A DNA stretch of 64,000 bases from a bacterium (GTDB lineage: Bacteria > Electryoneota > Electryoneia > Electryoneales > Electryoneaceae): positions 1,184,001 to 1,248,000 of the forward strand of contig OY769902.1 in assembly GCA_963669175.1 (NCBI GenBank), given 5' to 3'. Of this stretch, positions 17,193-28,300 are shown in pieces. The translations under genes were made by a program, and so were the position numbers. Position 1 is the first letter of the stretch; each line of letters starts with the position of its first letter. The notes below the pieces were generated by a model. It did not search any database. It was not told the DNA's origin and was given only the letters and a program-made list of their open reading frames with translations.

Positions 17193-20100
17193 TCACTTCA
17201 ATAATACAATTTTTTCTGTCAGATGTACACTGTTCCCGCTCAGTTTTACGAAGTAGGTTCCGGACGCTACCGGCATGCCTTTATCGCTGTGTCCCTGCCA
17301 GATCACCTGCTGCCGTCCCGCCTGAACCACACCATCGACAAGCGTCGCAACTTTACGTCCCAGCACATCATAGACTGCCAGGGTCACTTCGGACGTGCGT
17401 GGCGCGGTGAAACTCAGCGTGGTTGACGGGTTGAACGGGTTCGGATAGGCGCCATGCAGTTCCCAGGAAACCGGGTGCAGGTTTTCCGCGTTCCCATCCA
17501 CATGGAAAGGATCATTTGTGATTCGCATGGCGTAAATGTCATCCACCGGATCGTCTACCGGTTGTCCACGGAAGTCTGTCCAGGATGCCAGCACACCTCC
17601 CTCACCGTCCGATGTGACTGCCAGTTCACATTGCGTGAAGTGCATTTCGCTAAGGTAAGCGTCGCCCTGCTCGAAAATCTCCCCGGTAAAATTGCCGTGG
17701 GCGTCCATATGGCTGTATCCCAGATCCGGATCTGAACAGACGTGGTGATTGTGAACCGTGTACAAGATGTAAATTCCATTTTGACCATCGGTTACTATCT
17801 TGGAGTCGCTAAAGCTGATAACGCTTTCTTGTGTCTGCCCGGGAAGAACGATACCGCCTTCCGGTTCAAGTGAGGGTTCTCCTTCACTATCGAAAAGTTG
17901 ACAGAAAATGACATTCCTGTTGTATTCTTCCGGATAATCATACCAGGTCAGCCAGAAAGAATCGTCATCATTCAGCACGACTTCCGCCTCTTCCAGCCAG
18001 ACTTTGGCTTCCCTGATATCCATGATGATTCTGCCGGAGATTTCCCATTGTGCTTCTCCATCCATGCTGACAGATTGTCCCAGCAATTGCGTGTTGTCGT
18101 TGAGATGTGTCCAAAGCACCAGGATATCATTACTTCGCGGGATTACATGGGAAGCGATACACGTACGCATGTTGCCATTCACTATCTGCGATTCCCAAGC
18201 AGGTACACCGTTTGAATCAAGCAGTGTCATGTACACATCTTCCCCCAACGTATACATGATGACAAGCTCGCCATTTTCCAGAACAGTCATGCTGCGCAGG
18301 ATGCAATTCTGTCCGGAAGCGGTAACGCCCGCATCTCCCCAGAGCAAATTTCCGGAATCGTCCACACAATTGCAGGTGATTGCGCCGGAGTATGACTCCC
18401 ACACCATGTAGTAATGGCCGTTGGGACCGGTTTGGAAAAGCTGGTATGGGTTTGATGTTCCATCAGGAAGCGCGTACTCGTCTGGAGTGATTAAAATCGA
18501 GTTTTCCCAAACCCGTTCAAGGTTGGCGTTATAACGGTCAAGGTTCAGGGTCCGCCCCATTCCATTCACCATGGAAGACAACAGGACCATTCCCCCTTCA
18601 TTATCCGGAACGGGATAAACTCGATCCAGATCGACCGCCCCTCTGGCCGGGTCACCCGGCTCCAGTAAAACGCCATTCTGTTCAAGGAGCGGTTCCCCAG
18701 TATCAAAATCCAGCCGTTGTGCATACAGGTCATGATAATCTCGATAGTCATGCCACAGGATAAATACATTGTTATTTGAGCAGACGATTTTAGATTCTTT
18801 TCCGTCGCCAATCATTCCGGTAACCAGGGGAAACGGCTCTTCAAACAACTCATTGCCGTTTTCAGCATCGAATGCACTGAATTGAACACAAGCGAAATTA
18901 TTTCCTTCTGTGTAGATATCTGGCCAGAAAACCCGAACCTGGTCATCTTGGATGAAAGAAGCAAACGACAACCAACAGGGTAAGCCGTCGATTTCAATCT
19001 TACCGGGAACACCATCATTCCAGGCGTAATCACCATTTTCATCAAAACGCATCACGAAGATTTCAGAACCCCTGCCTTTTCCGGCAGCATCGGAAGTGGT
19101 CAGGATAAACCCGCCTTCATCGTCATGACTCAGCCTGATACAACGATAGGTCAGGGTTTCATCAGGGAAAAGGACAGTGCCCTGTACCTCTTCCGGATCC
19201 GGATTTTCGTTGCTGACAGCATCGAAAAAACGCATGCGCAGTTCACGAATCGTAGAATCGCCCATGACACTCCAGGCAAGGATACAAGTGCCGTCATGGT
19301 GGTGCATGATCCGGTACATGTCGTCGTTGTATATGTAATTGCAATGGCCGGTCAGGTTCACCGGTTCATCCCACAACAGAGCCCCATCAACGGAAACATA
19401 TTGACCGTAAATGCATCTGCGATCGTAGTCCAGCCAGGTAACAAAGACGTTTTCCTGGTGATCGGTTATTATTCTGATATCGTTGGAGTATTCATCCAAA
19501 TCTATAGGCGCTCCCTCATTCCAGACGGGATTTCCTGATGAATCAAAATGTTGCAGGGAAACAGCAGTCCCGAAAGCAACGGTAAATGATCCGTCTTCCA
19601 ACACGGCAGGGTGAATAAACCTGCAACTATCCTGTAATACGATTCCACCTTCTTCCCAGAGAGGATTGCCGTTGCTGTCCAGCTTTTGCACAAGCCCAGT
19701 ATGGTCATCTTTCCAGAACACCAGGGTTGTATGATCCGGGAGAGGATTCAAGGAACACAGTACAGATTCCACTTCCGGTTCCTGACTCAGCAAAACCCCA
19801 TTATCGGTCCATTGCAACTGACCATTCGATGAAATCTTCTGGATGGCAAAATCAGCTCTACTATCATGGGGATAGCCGCGATAATCCTCCCATGCGACCA
19901 GCCAGTTGCCATCACCGGCGTATACGACGAGCGGTTGCTGCTGGGGTGTGGGTAGGTTGGTAATCTGCAAGCCACCCGCTTCCCACTGCTCCTGGTTGTT
20001 CGAGTCGTATAATTGAACATAGATGTTCTGAGCGCCGCTTTTTCCATCCGACCATGCCGCGCACCAGTATTCCTCGCCGTCATTGGCAACACCATCGCCT

Positions 20101-20243
20101 ATCCATGTGAAATGGTTGGCTTGACGGACCATCACACCTTCTTCCGGTTCCCAGTATTGTTGCTGAGCATGTGCGGAAAGGAAAGGGAGGAGAAGAGCAC
20201 AACAGACACAAAAGCCGGCAGTTCGCCTGACCAGATCACTCAT
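17193..20243 (-). CDS. Secreted repeat protein with C-terminal sorting domain (paralog 5)
   Basis: Same architecture; start at AAGGAGTCGGAC-ATG; ends IVLLK. Confidence 0.85.
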   Translation of the reverse strand: MSDLVRRTAGFCVCCALLLPFLSAHAQQQYWEPEEGVMVRQANHFTWIGDGVANDGEEYWCAAWSDGKSGAQNIYVQLYDSNNQEQWEAGGLQITNLPTPQQQPLVVYAGDGNWLVAWEDYRGYPHDSRADFAIQKISSNGQLQWTDNGVLLSQEPEVESVLCSLNPLPDHTTLVFWKDDHTGLVQKLDSNGNPLWEEGGIVLQDSCRFIHPAVLEDGSFTVAFGTAVSLQHFDSSGNPVWNEGAPIDLDEYSNDIRIITDHQENVFVTWLDYDRRCIYGQYVSVDGALLWDEPVNLTGHCNYIYNDDMYRIMHHHDGTCILAWSVMGDSTIRELRMRFFDAVSNENPDPEEVQGTVLFPDETLTYRCIRLSHDDEGGFILTTSDAAGKGRGSEIFVMRFDENGDYAWNDGVPGKIEIDGLPCWLSFASFIQDDQVRVFWPDIYTEGNNFACVQFSAFDAENGNELFEEPFPLVTGMIGDGKESKIVCSNNNVFILWHDYRDYHDLYAQRLDFDTGEPLLEQNGVLLEPGDPARGAVDLDRVYPVPDNEGGMVLLSSMVNGMGRTLNLDRYNANLERVWENSILITPDEYALPDGTSNPYQLFQTGPNGHYYMVWESYSGAITCNCVDDSGNLLWGDAGVTASGQNCILRSMTVLENGELVIMYTLGEDVYMTLLDSNGVPAWESQIVNGNMRTCIASHVIPRSNDILVLWTHLNDNTQLLGQSVSMDGEAQWEISGRIIMDIREAKVWLEEAEVVLNDDDSFWLTWYDYPEEYNRNVIFCQLFDSEGEPSLEPEGGIVLPGQTQESVISFSDSKIVTDGQNGIYILYTVHNHHVCSDPDLGYSHMDAHGNFTGEIFEQGDAYLSEMHFTQCELAVTSDGEGGVLASWTDFRGQPVDDPVDDIYAMRITNDPFHVDGNAENLHPVSWELHGAYPNPFNPSTTLSFTAPRTSEVTLAVYDVLGRKVATLVDGVVQAGRQQVIWQGHSDKGMPVASGTYFVKLSGNSVHLTEKIVLLK

Positions 20244-20308
20244 GTCCGACTCCTTCGGTTGAAAATCATTAAAGTGACTGATGAAAACAATCAATACGTT
20301 GTGAATCG

Positions 20309-20345
20309 CCCGACCTTCCCCGCCATAACAGGAGGGAAGGTCGGG
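20309..20345. terminator. Intergenic stem-loop
   Basis: CCCGACCTTCCC/GGGAAGGTCGGG 12-bp stem. Confidence 0.55.
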
Positions 20346-20410
20346 TAACAATTGTCTGACATCTATTTACTATTAGGAAATATTTCCGGTAGGTTTTCAG
20401 TTGATAGTGG

Positions 20411-21241
20411 TTACTTTTTCTTGTCCTTTTTCGTTGTATCTTTTTGTTTATCTTTAGGTTTAAGGTCAGGATGATACTGCATCACCAGTTTCTGATATTG
20501 GACCACTGTACTACGTCCGAGTCCGGTAGTACGCACAATTTCCATCAGATTAAGTTCTTTGACCATCAGGAACTTGATGTTTTTGTAAGATCGCAAGTAA
20601 CGACCCACCGCTTCAAGGGTATGCGTGGTCAAGCGAGCGATATCCGGTTCCGGATAGCCCTGTTCGTACAGGTCAATGATTGCGGCCTTGTGTGTGGGAC
20701 GGCTCCCCTGGTCCAACATGATTCCTTTCGTCGGCAGGATGTCATCATGCGTTTCGTGATACTGTTGGATGTACTTGCCAATGGTCGTCAGCGACCGGTT
20801 CAACAACACACTCAATTCCGCGCCGCTTAATAACCCGCCTTGTTCGTACGCGCTTTTCACCAACCGCGCCAGCACTGCAATATCCCTGTCGCGCTGTTTG
20901 CACGCACCGTCTTTTCCATAGTGGCGACGAATACGATCAACCACATCTTCTTCTGTGACAAGCGGAAGAATGACGGTCTTCACCTCATAGTCTTCTACCC
21001 GTGTCCCATAGCTGGGCTTGTGGCACTGTGCACCTGTCGTACGCCACACAATACTGCCACCGCTGCGTTGCTCGATATCCGGATAGAACTCACGGTGCAG
21101 TTGCATGATGTCATCCGCCACCATGGCCAAGACCTTGTGGCTGCCAAGAATCTTGTACTGCTCTTCCAACAACCGGATGATCGCAGTGCGAAAGTTCCGC
21201 TTCGGCAGGGATTCATAACGGTTCCGTACCTCAGTTTTCAT
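20411..21241 (-). CDS. DUF1670-like HTH protein B, copy 2
   Basis: Identical to copy 1 except one Gly/Cys change. Confidence 0.85.
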   Translation of the reverse strand: MKTEVRNRYESLPKRNFRTAIIRLLEEQYKILGSHKVLAMVADDIMQLHREFYPDIEQRSGGSIVWRTTGAQCHKPSYGTRVEDYEVKTVILPLVTEEDVVDRIRRHYGKDGACKQRDRDIAVLARLVKSAYEQGGLLSGAELSVLLNRSLTTIGKYIQQYHETHDDILPTKGIMLDQGSRPTHKAAIIDLYEQGYPEPDIARLTTHTLEAVGRYLRSYKNIKFLMVKELNLMEIVRTTGLGRSTVVQYQKLVMQYHPDLKPKDKQKDTTKKDKKK

Positions 21242-22064
21242 GGACGCCTCCGCCACCTTGTCCCGCTCTTTTTTTTGAGGGATACTGTGCTTGCAACTGC
21301 TCCAGAAGTTCGACATAGCTTGTCGGCCAGTGATCACCCTGTTTGTATTTTGCAAACAGATCCAGGTACTCACCCGTCAACCGTTCGCTCTGTTGAAGCA
21401 GACGGCTCAGGTCGGTCAGCTCGGTAATGTCATGGCTAAGCAGAAGCAACAAGCGTCCAAACGTACTCACATAGCGCTTGATCGCAAACGCGCTGTGACG
21501 TGTCAGACGGATGATCTCATCATAGGTCCGGCCACCCAGGTACAAATCAACGATCCGTGCCTTGTGCGATAACCCACGCCCAATGTCATGGTCGTAGCCA
21601 CGCGTATGCACCGTATTCCCGTCAGCAAGCAGCAACGCAATATCCTTGCGGATGGTCCGATCTGAAACGTGCAGCAGACGACTCAGATCCTCCTGTGTCA
21701 GCAACCCACCCTGCTGGTACGTCTCTTCGGTTAGCCGAAGAATCCGTTGCTGACGAAGCGATGAAGCGCCCAGTTCGCGCAGAACATCCAAGTCCTCAAC
21801 ACCGTCATCCAGTGTCAGTTCGACACGAATCAGGTCTTGTTCGCGTAAGGGACGACCGTGACGAGCTTTCTTGGACGCACATAAAAAACGAAGCTTGCCA
21901 AGCGTTGACGGCATCGTACCGAACAAACAACGCTTGGCAAGCTCCAATATCCCCGTACTCGCAGCCGGTGAAAGCTCAAACTCGCGACGAAGCGAGTTCA
22001 CAAACACCTGCTCCGGCGTCTTCTCCATACACCGGTCATACAGGCTCGTTGAAGTATGTAACAT
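21231..22064 (-). CDS. DUF1670-like HTH protein A, copy 2
   Basis: Protein identical to copy 1. Confidence 0.85.
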   Translation of the reverse strand: MLHTSTSLYDRCMEKTPEQVFVNSLRREFELSPAASTGILELAKRCLFGTMPSTLGKLRFLCASKKARHGRPLREQDLIRVELTLDDGVEDLDVLRELGASSLRQQRILRLTEETYQQGGLLTQEDLSRLLHVSDRTIRKDIALLLADGNTVHTRGYDHDIGRGLSHKARIVDLYLGGRTYDEIIRLTRHSAFAIKRYVSTFGRLLLLLSHDITELTDLSRLLQQSERLTGEYLDLFAKYKQGDHWPTSYVELLEQLQAQYPSKKRAGQGGGGVHEN

Positions 22065-22163
22065 CTTGTCCTCCAGCATGTTACGCGATCGCTTCCGATT
22101 GCCAACCCGAATACAAAGGTCGCAAACAAGAAGCAAATCGCCAAACCTACCGGAAGTATTTCC

Positions 22164-25100
22164 TTATTTCAACAATACCATCTTGCTGGTCAGGTTGACA
22201 CCATCGCTTTCAAGGCGTACAAAATAAGTTCCCGACGCTACCGGCATCCCCTGGTCGCTGTGCCCCTGCCAGATCACCTGCTGCCGTCCCGCCTGAACCA
22301 CACCATCGACAAGCGTCGCAACCTTACGTCCCAGTACATCATAGACCGACAGGGTCACTTCGGACGTGCGTGGCGCGGTGAAACTCAATGTGGTTGACGG
22401 GTTGAACGGGTTGGGATAGGCGCCATGCAGTTCCCAGGAAACCGGGTGCAGGTTTTCACGGGGTTCGTTGGCGCCGTATGGGTATTCATAGATGCGCATG
22501 GCATAAACATCATCCCCCTCATCTTCGATATTCATGCCACGGTAGTCGGTCCAGGAAACCAGCGCGCCTCCTTCGCCATCCGGAATCGCAAAAAGCTCTT
22601 CCTGTACGAACATCGCATCGGTCAGGATCAGGCCGCCCTCCTCGTAGTACGGGTCGAAAAGATCACCGTCCGCATTGATATGCGAGAAGCCAAGATTGCT
22701 GTAATCACAATCTGAAAGAATCTGGTAAAACACAAAGAAACCGTTGTTCCCATCCGGCACAGTATAAAGTGTATTGTATTCCTTGACAACATCGTTGTAC
22801 GCTGTTGGCAGTAAAATCCCATGCTCCACATCGTACAGCGGTTCTCCCTGGGCGTTGAATTTCTGATAACGCGGGCTTCTGTATCGTTCCTCATCCTGTC
22901 GGTCCAGCCAGGCAATCCAGAAAGTGTTATCCTCATTGATCACAACGGTTTCATCAATAAAAACGGGTAAAGCATTCATACAGGAAATGATTTCACGGCC
23001 ATTGGTGTCCCAGAGAATAGAGCCGTCGGCAGCATCAACCAACTGGCCGTAAAGGCACATGCGGTCTTCCGTGAGCCACAATACAAGAATATCGTCACCC
23101 AGTTGACGAACGACAGGCGCATAGGATCGTGGCATCATCCCGTCAGTTACCTGCGCACGTGGAGTTTCCCAGATCGCTTCGCCTTCCTCGTCCAGGAGGG
23201 TCAGGTAAACCAGATCCCTGTTCTGGAAAAGAACACCATAATTGTTGTTGTCCAGCAGCACAGCGCCCTTCAGAACGTAACTTTCCGCGGTCAGACTGCT
23301 TCCATCCTCGCCCCACAGCAGCTCACCAGTCTGGCTGATACGGTTGCAGGCGACAACACCGTTCCCACGACGCACCCAGGAGACATAGTAACAGCCATTT
23401 GAGCCGCGAAGGAACTGATATTTGTTTTGGGTTTTTGAACGGAAGAACGTCTGCTCGCTGGTTGTCAGGCAGGTAGGGGAGTCCCAGACCGGTTCCAGCT
23501 CGCTGTCGTAGGTCTGGATAAATACTTCATAGGGGTCGCCATAACCTCCATCTCGACGCAGGGTAAGCAGTGCGAAGCCACCATCCTCCGTGCCAAGCGC
23601 CTGGAAATTATTCATTCCCCAGGCCACTCCTTCATAGGAAATAGCCAACGGTACGCCATGATCCTCAAACAGGGTTTCGCCAGTCTGGATGTCAAGTTTC
23701 TGGAAATACACATCAGACGAGTCTCGAAAATCTACCCACCCGATCAGGACATCATCCTGGGATTTTAGAACCTGGGAGAGCCTTCCGTTGTTCATAATAC
23801 CGCTAACCAGGGGATAGGGCTGTTCAAAAACCGATTCCCCGGAAGCCAACTCGAGCTGTTGGAATTGAACACCAATCCCATCACCGGAAGAATACACTCC
23901 CGGCCAGAAAAGGCGCACATAGTCGTCAAGTTCGAAAAGATCAAAAGCGTATGGGCAGGGAAGACCATCAATTTCAAACTGTACCGGGCTGCCATCGTTC
24001 CAGAGGCTGACGCCCTGATCACTGAAACGCATGGCCAGGATTGCGCTACCTGAATACTTGCCGTAGGAATTCGAAGTGGCGAGTATGAAACCATCTTCGC
24101 CATCCGGGAAAAGCCTCACACAGTAAAACACCATGTTTTCGTCGGGGAAAACTCTGAACTGGCAGATATCATCCTGCTCTTCCTGGTCTGAAGAGTAATC
24201 AAACAGTCTCATCTGGAGGTTATAGCCATCATCGTTTGCCTGTGGCCATGCCAGGGCGCAGACCCCGTCATGGAGATGGCATAACCGGAAGAAATCATCA
24301 TTGGAAATGTAGTTGCACGGTGCAGAGAGCTGGACACATTCTTCCCACAACGGTTCACCTTCAGCACTGATATATTGCCCGAAAATACCATCGCGCTCTT
24401 CACAGAGCCAGACCAGGCAATACCCGTTCTGGTCATCCTTTACCAGCTCCATATCCGTTGAATTCATCTCCTCTTCAGGGCAAAGCGCGATGGGTTGGCC
24501 GTCGTTCCATTGTGCTTCACCATTCCCATCATACAATTGGATCTCAACAGGTGTGCCCGTTGCGATCATAAAAGTACCATCATCATTCACGATAGCATTG
24601 ATGGCTTCTCTGTATTCTGTCACAGCTAACGGCTCATCCCAACACGGATTGCCGTCATGGTCAAACTTTTCGATATAGTTTCCCGTAACAGACTCCCAGA
24701 CAACGAGAGTAGCTTGATCCGGCATCGGTAGAAACGTATTTAAAAACGTCCAGGACACACCATCCGGGTTCAGCAAAACTCCGTTTTCCTGCCACAAAGC
24801 TTCGCCTTCTGATGACAATCGTTGAAGCGCGAAATTGATCAATGATGCATTCCCATTATTCCGGTACTCCTCCCATGCCACCAGCCATTCACCATCACCG
24901 GCATAACGGATCATGGGTTGTTGCTGTGGGGTGGGCAAATCGGTGAGTTGTATACCGCCTTCCGTCCACTGCTGCTCGTTGGCGGAGTTGTATAGCTGGA
25001 CATACACATTTTGAGCGCCCTCTTTTCCGTCCGACCAGGCAGCCAGCCAGGAGCCGGAATCGTCTGTGGCAGCTCCGCCGCCTGTCCAGGTAAAATGGTT

Positions 25101-25226
25101 GCCCTGACGGACCATAACACCATCTTCGGGCGCCCAGGCTTTGAACTGGGCATTGGCCGCAAAACAAACCAGGAGCAATGTCAACACAACGAGGGAGCAA
25201 ACTGTACGCTTTTTCAAGTAAACCAT
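22164..25226 (-). CDS. Secreted repeat protein with C-terminal sorting domain (paralog 4)
   Basis: Same architecture; ends MVLLK with the stop supplied by the element. Confidence 0.85.
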   Translation of the reverse strand: MVYLKKRTVCSLVVLTLLLVCFAANAQFKAWAPEDGVMVRQGNHFTWTGGGAATDDSGSWLAAWSDGKEGAQNVYVQLYNSANEQQWTEGGIQLTDLPTPQQQPMIRYAGDGEWLVAWEEYRNNGNASLINFALQRLSSEGEALWQENGVLLNPDGVSWTFLNTFLPMPDQATLVVWESVTGNYIEKFDHDGNPCWDEPLAVTEYREAINAIVNDDGTFMIATGTPVEIQLYDGNGEAQWNDGQPIALCPEEEMNSTDMELVKDDQNGYCLVWLCEERDGIFGQYISAEGEPLWEECVQLSAPCNYISNDDFFRLCHLHDGVCALAWPQANDDGYNLQMRLFDYSSDQEEQDDICQFRVFPDENMVFYCVRLFPDGEDGFILATSNSYGKYSGSAILAMRFSDQGVSLWNDGSPVQFEIDGLPCPYAFDLFELDDYVRLFWPGVYSSGDGIGVQFQQLELASGESVFEQPYPLVSGIMNNGRLSQVLKSQDDVLIGWVDFRDSSDVYFQKLDIQTGETLFEDHGVPLAISYEGVAWGMNNFQALGTEDGGFALLTLRRDGGYGDPYEVFIQTYDSELEPVWDSPTCLTTSEQTFFRSKTQNKYQFLRGSNGCYYVSWVRRGNGVVACNRISQTGELLWGEDGSSLTAESYVLKGAVLLDNNNYGVLFQNRDLVYLTLLDEEGEAIWETPRAQVTDGMMPRSYAPVVRQLGDDILVLWLTEDRMCLYGQLVDAADGSILWDTNGREIISCMNALPVFIDETVVINEDNTFWIAWLDRQDEERYRSPRYQKFNAQGEPLYDVEHGILLPTAYNDVVKEYNTLYTVPDGNNGFFVFYQILSDCDYSNLGFSHINADGDLFDPYYEEGGLILTDAMFVQEELFAIPDGEGGALVSWTDYRGMNIEDEGDDVYAMRIYEYPYGANEPRENLHPVSWELHGAYPNPFNPSTTLSFTAPRTSEVTLSVYDVLGRKVATLVDGVVQAGRQQVIWQGHSDQGMPVASGTYFVRLESDGVNLTSKMVLLK

Positions 25227-25352
25227 AACCGACTCCTTCCCTGTCTGAACAAAGACAGAGTGGCTTGATGAATAAAAGACAATCGTGTCTTCTTATCCAG
25301 AATTTCTTCTAAATGTAAGAAACTCAGGGGTGTTGTCAATTGTAACGGGTAG

Positions 25353-28300
25353 TTATTTCAGCAATACCATCTTGCTGGTCAGGTTGACACCATCGCCTTC
25401 CAGACGCACAAAATAAGTTCCCGACGCTACCGGCATGCCCTGATCGCTGTGCCCCTGCCAGATTACCTGCTGCCGTCCCGCCTGCACCATACCATCCACC
25501 AAGGTGGCTACTTTCCGGCCCAAGACGTCGTAAACCGAAAGCGTTACTTCGCTGCTGTGTGGGGTGGTGAAACTCAGCGTGGTTGAGGGATTGAACGGGT
25601 TGGGATAGGCGTTGTGCAGTTCCCAGGAAACCGGGTGCAGGTTTTCACGCTTGTCGTGAACGCCAAAGGGATTGTCATTGACACGCATGACGTAAATATC
25701 ATCGACAGGATCATCTACCGGTTGTCCACGGTAGTCTGTCCATGAGGCCAAAACGCCGCCAAATCCATCTGGAATAATGGAAATATCTTCCTGTCCGAAT
25801 TGGGCATCGACCAGATAAGCGGTACCGTTCTCAAATTCACTCTGCGTGAAGTTTCCATCGGCGTCGATATGGGTATAGCCAATGTCATCCCCGTAGTCAT
25901 TGTTCACTTCGTAGAATATGTACATACCATCCTGGTCATCTGTTACGGCACGGTATTCCCTGAAAGAGTTAATCTCAGCTTCGTTTTGCCCCGGCAAAAT
26001 AATACTGTTTTCCTGGTTAAGAAGTGGTTGTCCTTCACTGGAGAATAACTGGCATTGAACGGCATAGGCATTGTCCAGCTCCAAACGATCACGCCATGTA
26101 AGCCAGAAGGAATCATCACTGTTAAGCACCAGATTTTTGCACGCAGAGTAAGCAGAACTTGACTCTTTATCAATCAATACTCTGCCGTCCTCTTCCCATT
26201 GTACCTCACCGTTGAGGTTGACGGATTGGCCCATGAGTTGGGTATTGTCAGCGGCATTAACCCAGGTCAGGAGAATGTCGTCATTTCGGGGGTAGATTGC
26301 CGGTCCCCTGAAGTAGGCCACATCAAAGTCGAAGATTTCAACATTCCAGACAATCTCACCCTCACTGTTAAGACGCGCCAGGTATGAATCGTTCTGGTAG
26401 TTATACCATACAACAAAATTGCCATCGTCCAGGATTGCAGTTGCCGCAGGCTCGCTGTGCTGTCCTGCCAATGCGACACCTGTATCACCCCAGAGAAGGT
26501 TTCCGGATGCATCCACACAGTTACATACAACATGGTTGAGCAGCTCTTCCCATGCTATAAAGCAGTTCCCGTCCTGATCGTATCTGACCATGCTTTTCTG
26601 GAAATCTGTTTCGTCGTAATAAGAGAACATTCCACGTTCTGTAAATTTCACACTTTGGTCCCAAACGGGGTCAAGGTTGGCGCTAAAGCGGTCCAGGCTG
26701 AAAGTCCAATTGTAGTTGTTATCAACAGACGAATGAAGCATCGTAAGTCCGCCTTCATTGTTCGGTATGAAGATTGTCCGCTCATAACTTTGAAATTGAT
26801 CCACATAACACCGGCAAGGAAGCCGCTTCCCATCTTGTTGAAACGCTTGTTCACCATTTTCAGCATCAAGTTTCTGCACATAAATGTCCAGCGAATCACG
26901 ACAGTCTTTCCAGAGGACAAAAATATTGTCCCCGGAACGAATGATCCGTGATTCCCTGCCGTTTCCGAGCATACCGGTAGCAAGTGGAAAAGGTTCTTCG
27001 AAGACAGCGTTACCGTTATGCAGTTCATACTGCAGGAACTGAACGGCGGCCTCATCACCAACCCCGGGATCATGGTCCGGCCAGAAAACACGGACTGTAT
27101 TCTCCTGGATAAATGTCGAAAAGGTCAGTGTACAGGGTAGTCCATCCATGGGGATTCGAAGTGGCTCACCATCATTCCAGAGATAGTCACCGTTCTCGTC
27201 GAAGCGCATTGCATGTATTTCAGACCCCGTTCCCTTTCCATGAGCATCAGAACTGGTGATAATGAAACCGTCCTCATTGTCCGGACAAAGTTTTACGCCG
27301 CAATACTCGAGAGATTCTTCCGGGAACAGGACGGTTCCCTGAAGTTCGCCAGGATTGCCGTTTTCAGTCGATGAGTCGAAAAGACGCATTCGCAAGCTAT
27401 AGTTGCCGTCTTGGTCGGTAGCTCCCCAGGCCAGAACACAGTTGTCATCATTGAGATGCATGGCACTGTAATTACCTTCATCAAAGACACGATGGAATAA
27501 CCCGGTCAGGTTGACCGGTTCATCCCAAAGAGGTGTCCCTTCTGCGGAGACATGTTGAGCACTAATGGACTGGCAGTGACTATTGACCCACGTAAGGAAA
27601 TAGTTCCCTTGGTCATCCATGATCAACCGGACATCGGAAGATGTACTATCCAGGGATACGGGTTCGCCCTCATTCCAAACCGGATTACCGGAAGCATCAT
27701 AATGTTGCATTGAGACCAGTCCATCGAAGGCAACCGTAAAGGAGCCGTCATCAAATACGACCACGTCAATATGATGCCAATTATCCTCAAGTAGACGGCC
27801 GCCTTCTTCCCAGACCGGGTTTCCATTGCTGTCGAATTTCTGAACCAGGTCCCCCTGATGGGAGCGCCAGAAAACCAGGGTTGACTGGTCTGGAAGGGAA
27901 TAAAACTTCTCCAGTGAAGTCCATTCTCCGGCTTCCTCTATAAGGACACCGTTGCTTGTCCACAGAATCGTACCATCCGATGAGATTTTTTGGATCGCTA
28001 TGCCTTGTTCGCCACCGGAGGGAATGCCACGATAATCTTCCCAGGCAACCAGCCAATTTCCGTAGCCGGCATAGGCTACGAGCGGTTGCTGCTGGGGGAC
28101 AGAGAGGTCAGTGATCTGAAGACCACCGGTTGCCCATTGTTCATGGTTGTTGGAATCGTACAATTGCACAATGATGTTTTGAGCGCCGCTTTTCCCGTCT
28201 GACCATGCGGCGCACCAGTATTCTTCGCCATCACAAGCGACACCGTCACCGGTCCAGGTGAAATGATTCGCCTGACGGACCATAACACCATCTTCCGGTT

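Larger units (their letters stand above)
20369..22167 (-). mobile_element. 1799-bp two-gene DUF1670-like insertion element, copy 2
   Basis: Offset 8860 bp from copy 1; IRs at 20375-20396 and 22143-22164; TT core at 20367-8 and 22168-9. Confidence 0.92.

Noticed and set aside
11509-22167. Segmental duplication or composite transposon explaining the two copies
   Set aside because: Identity stops sharply at the element ends, and each copy has its own reconstructable target site
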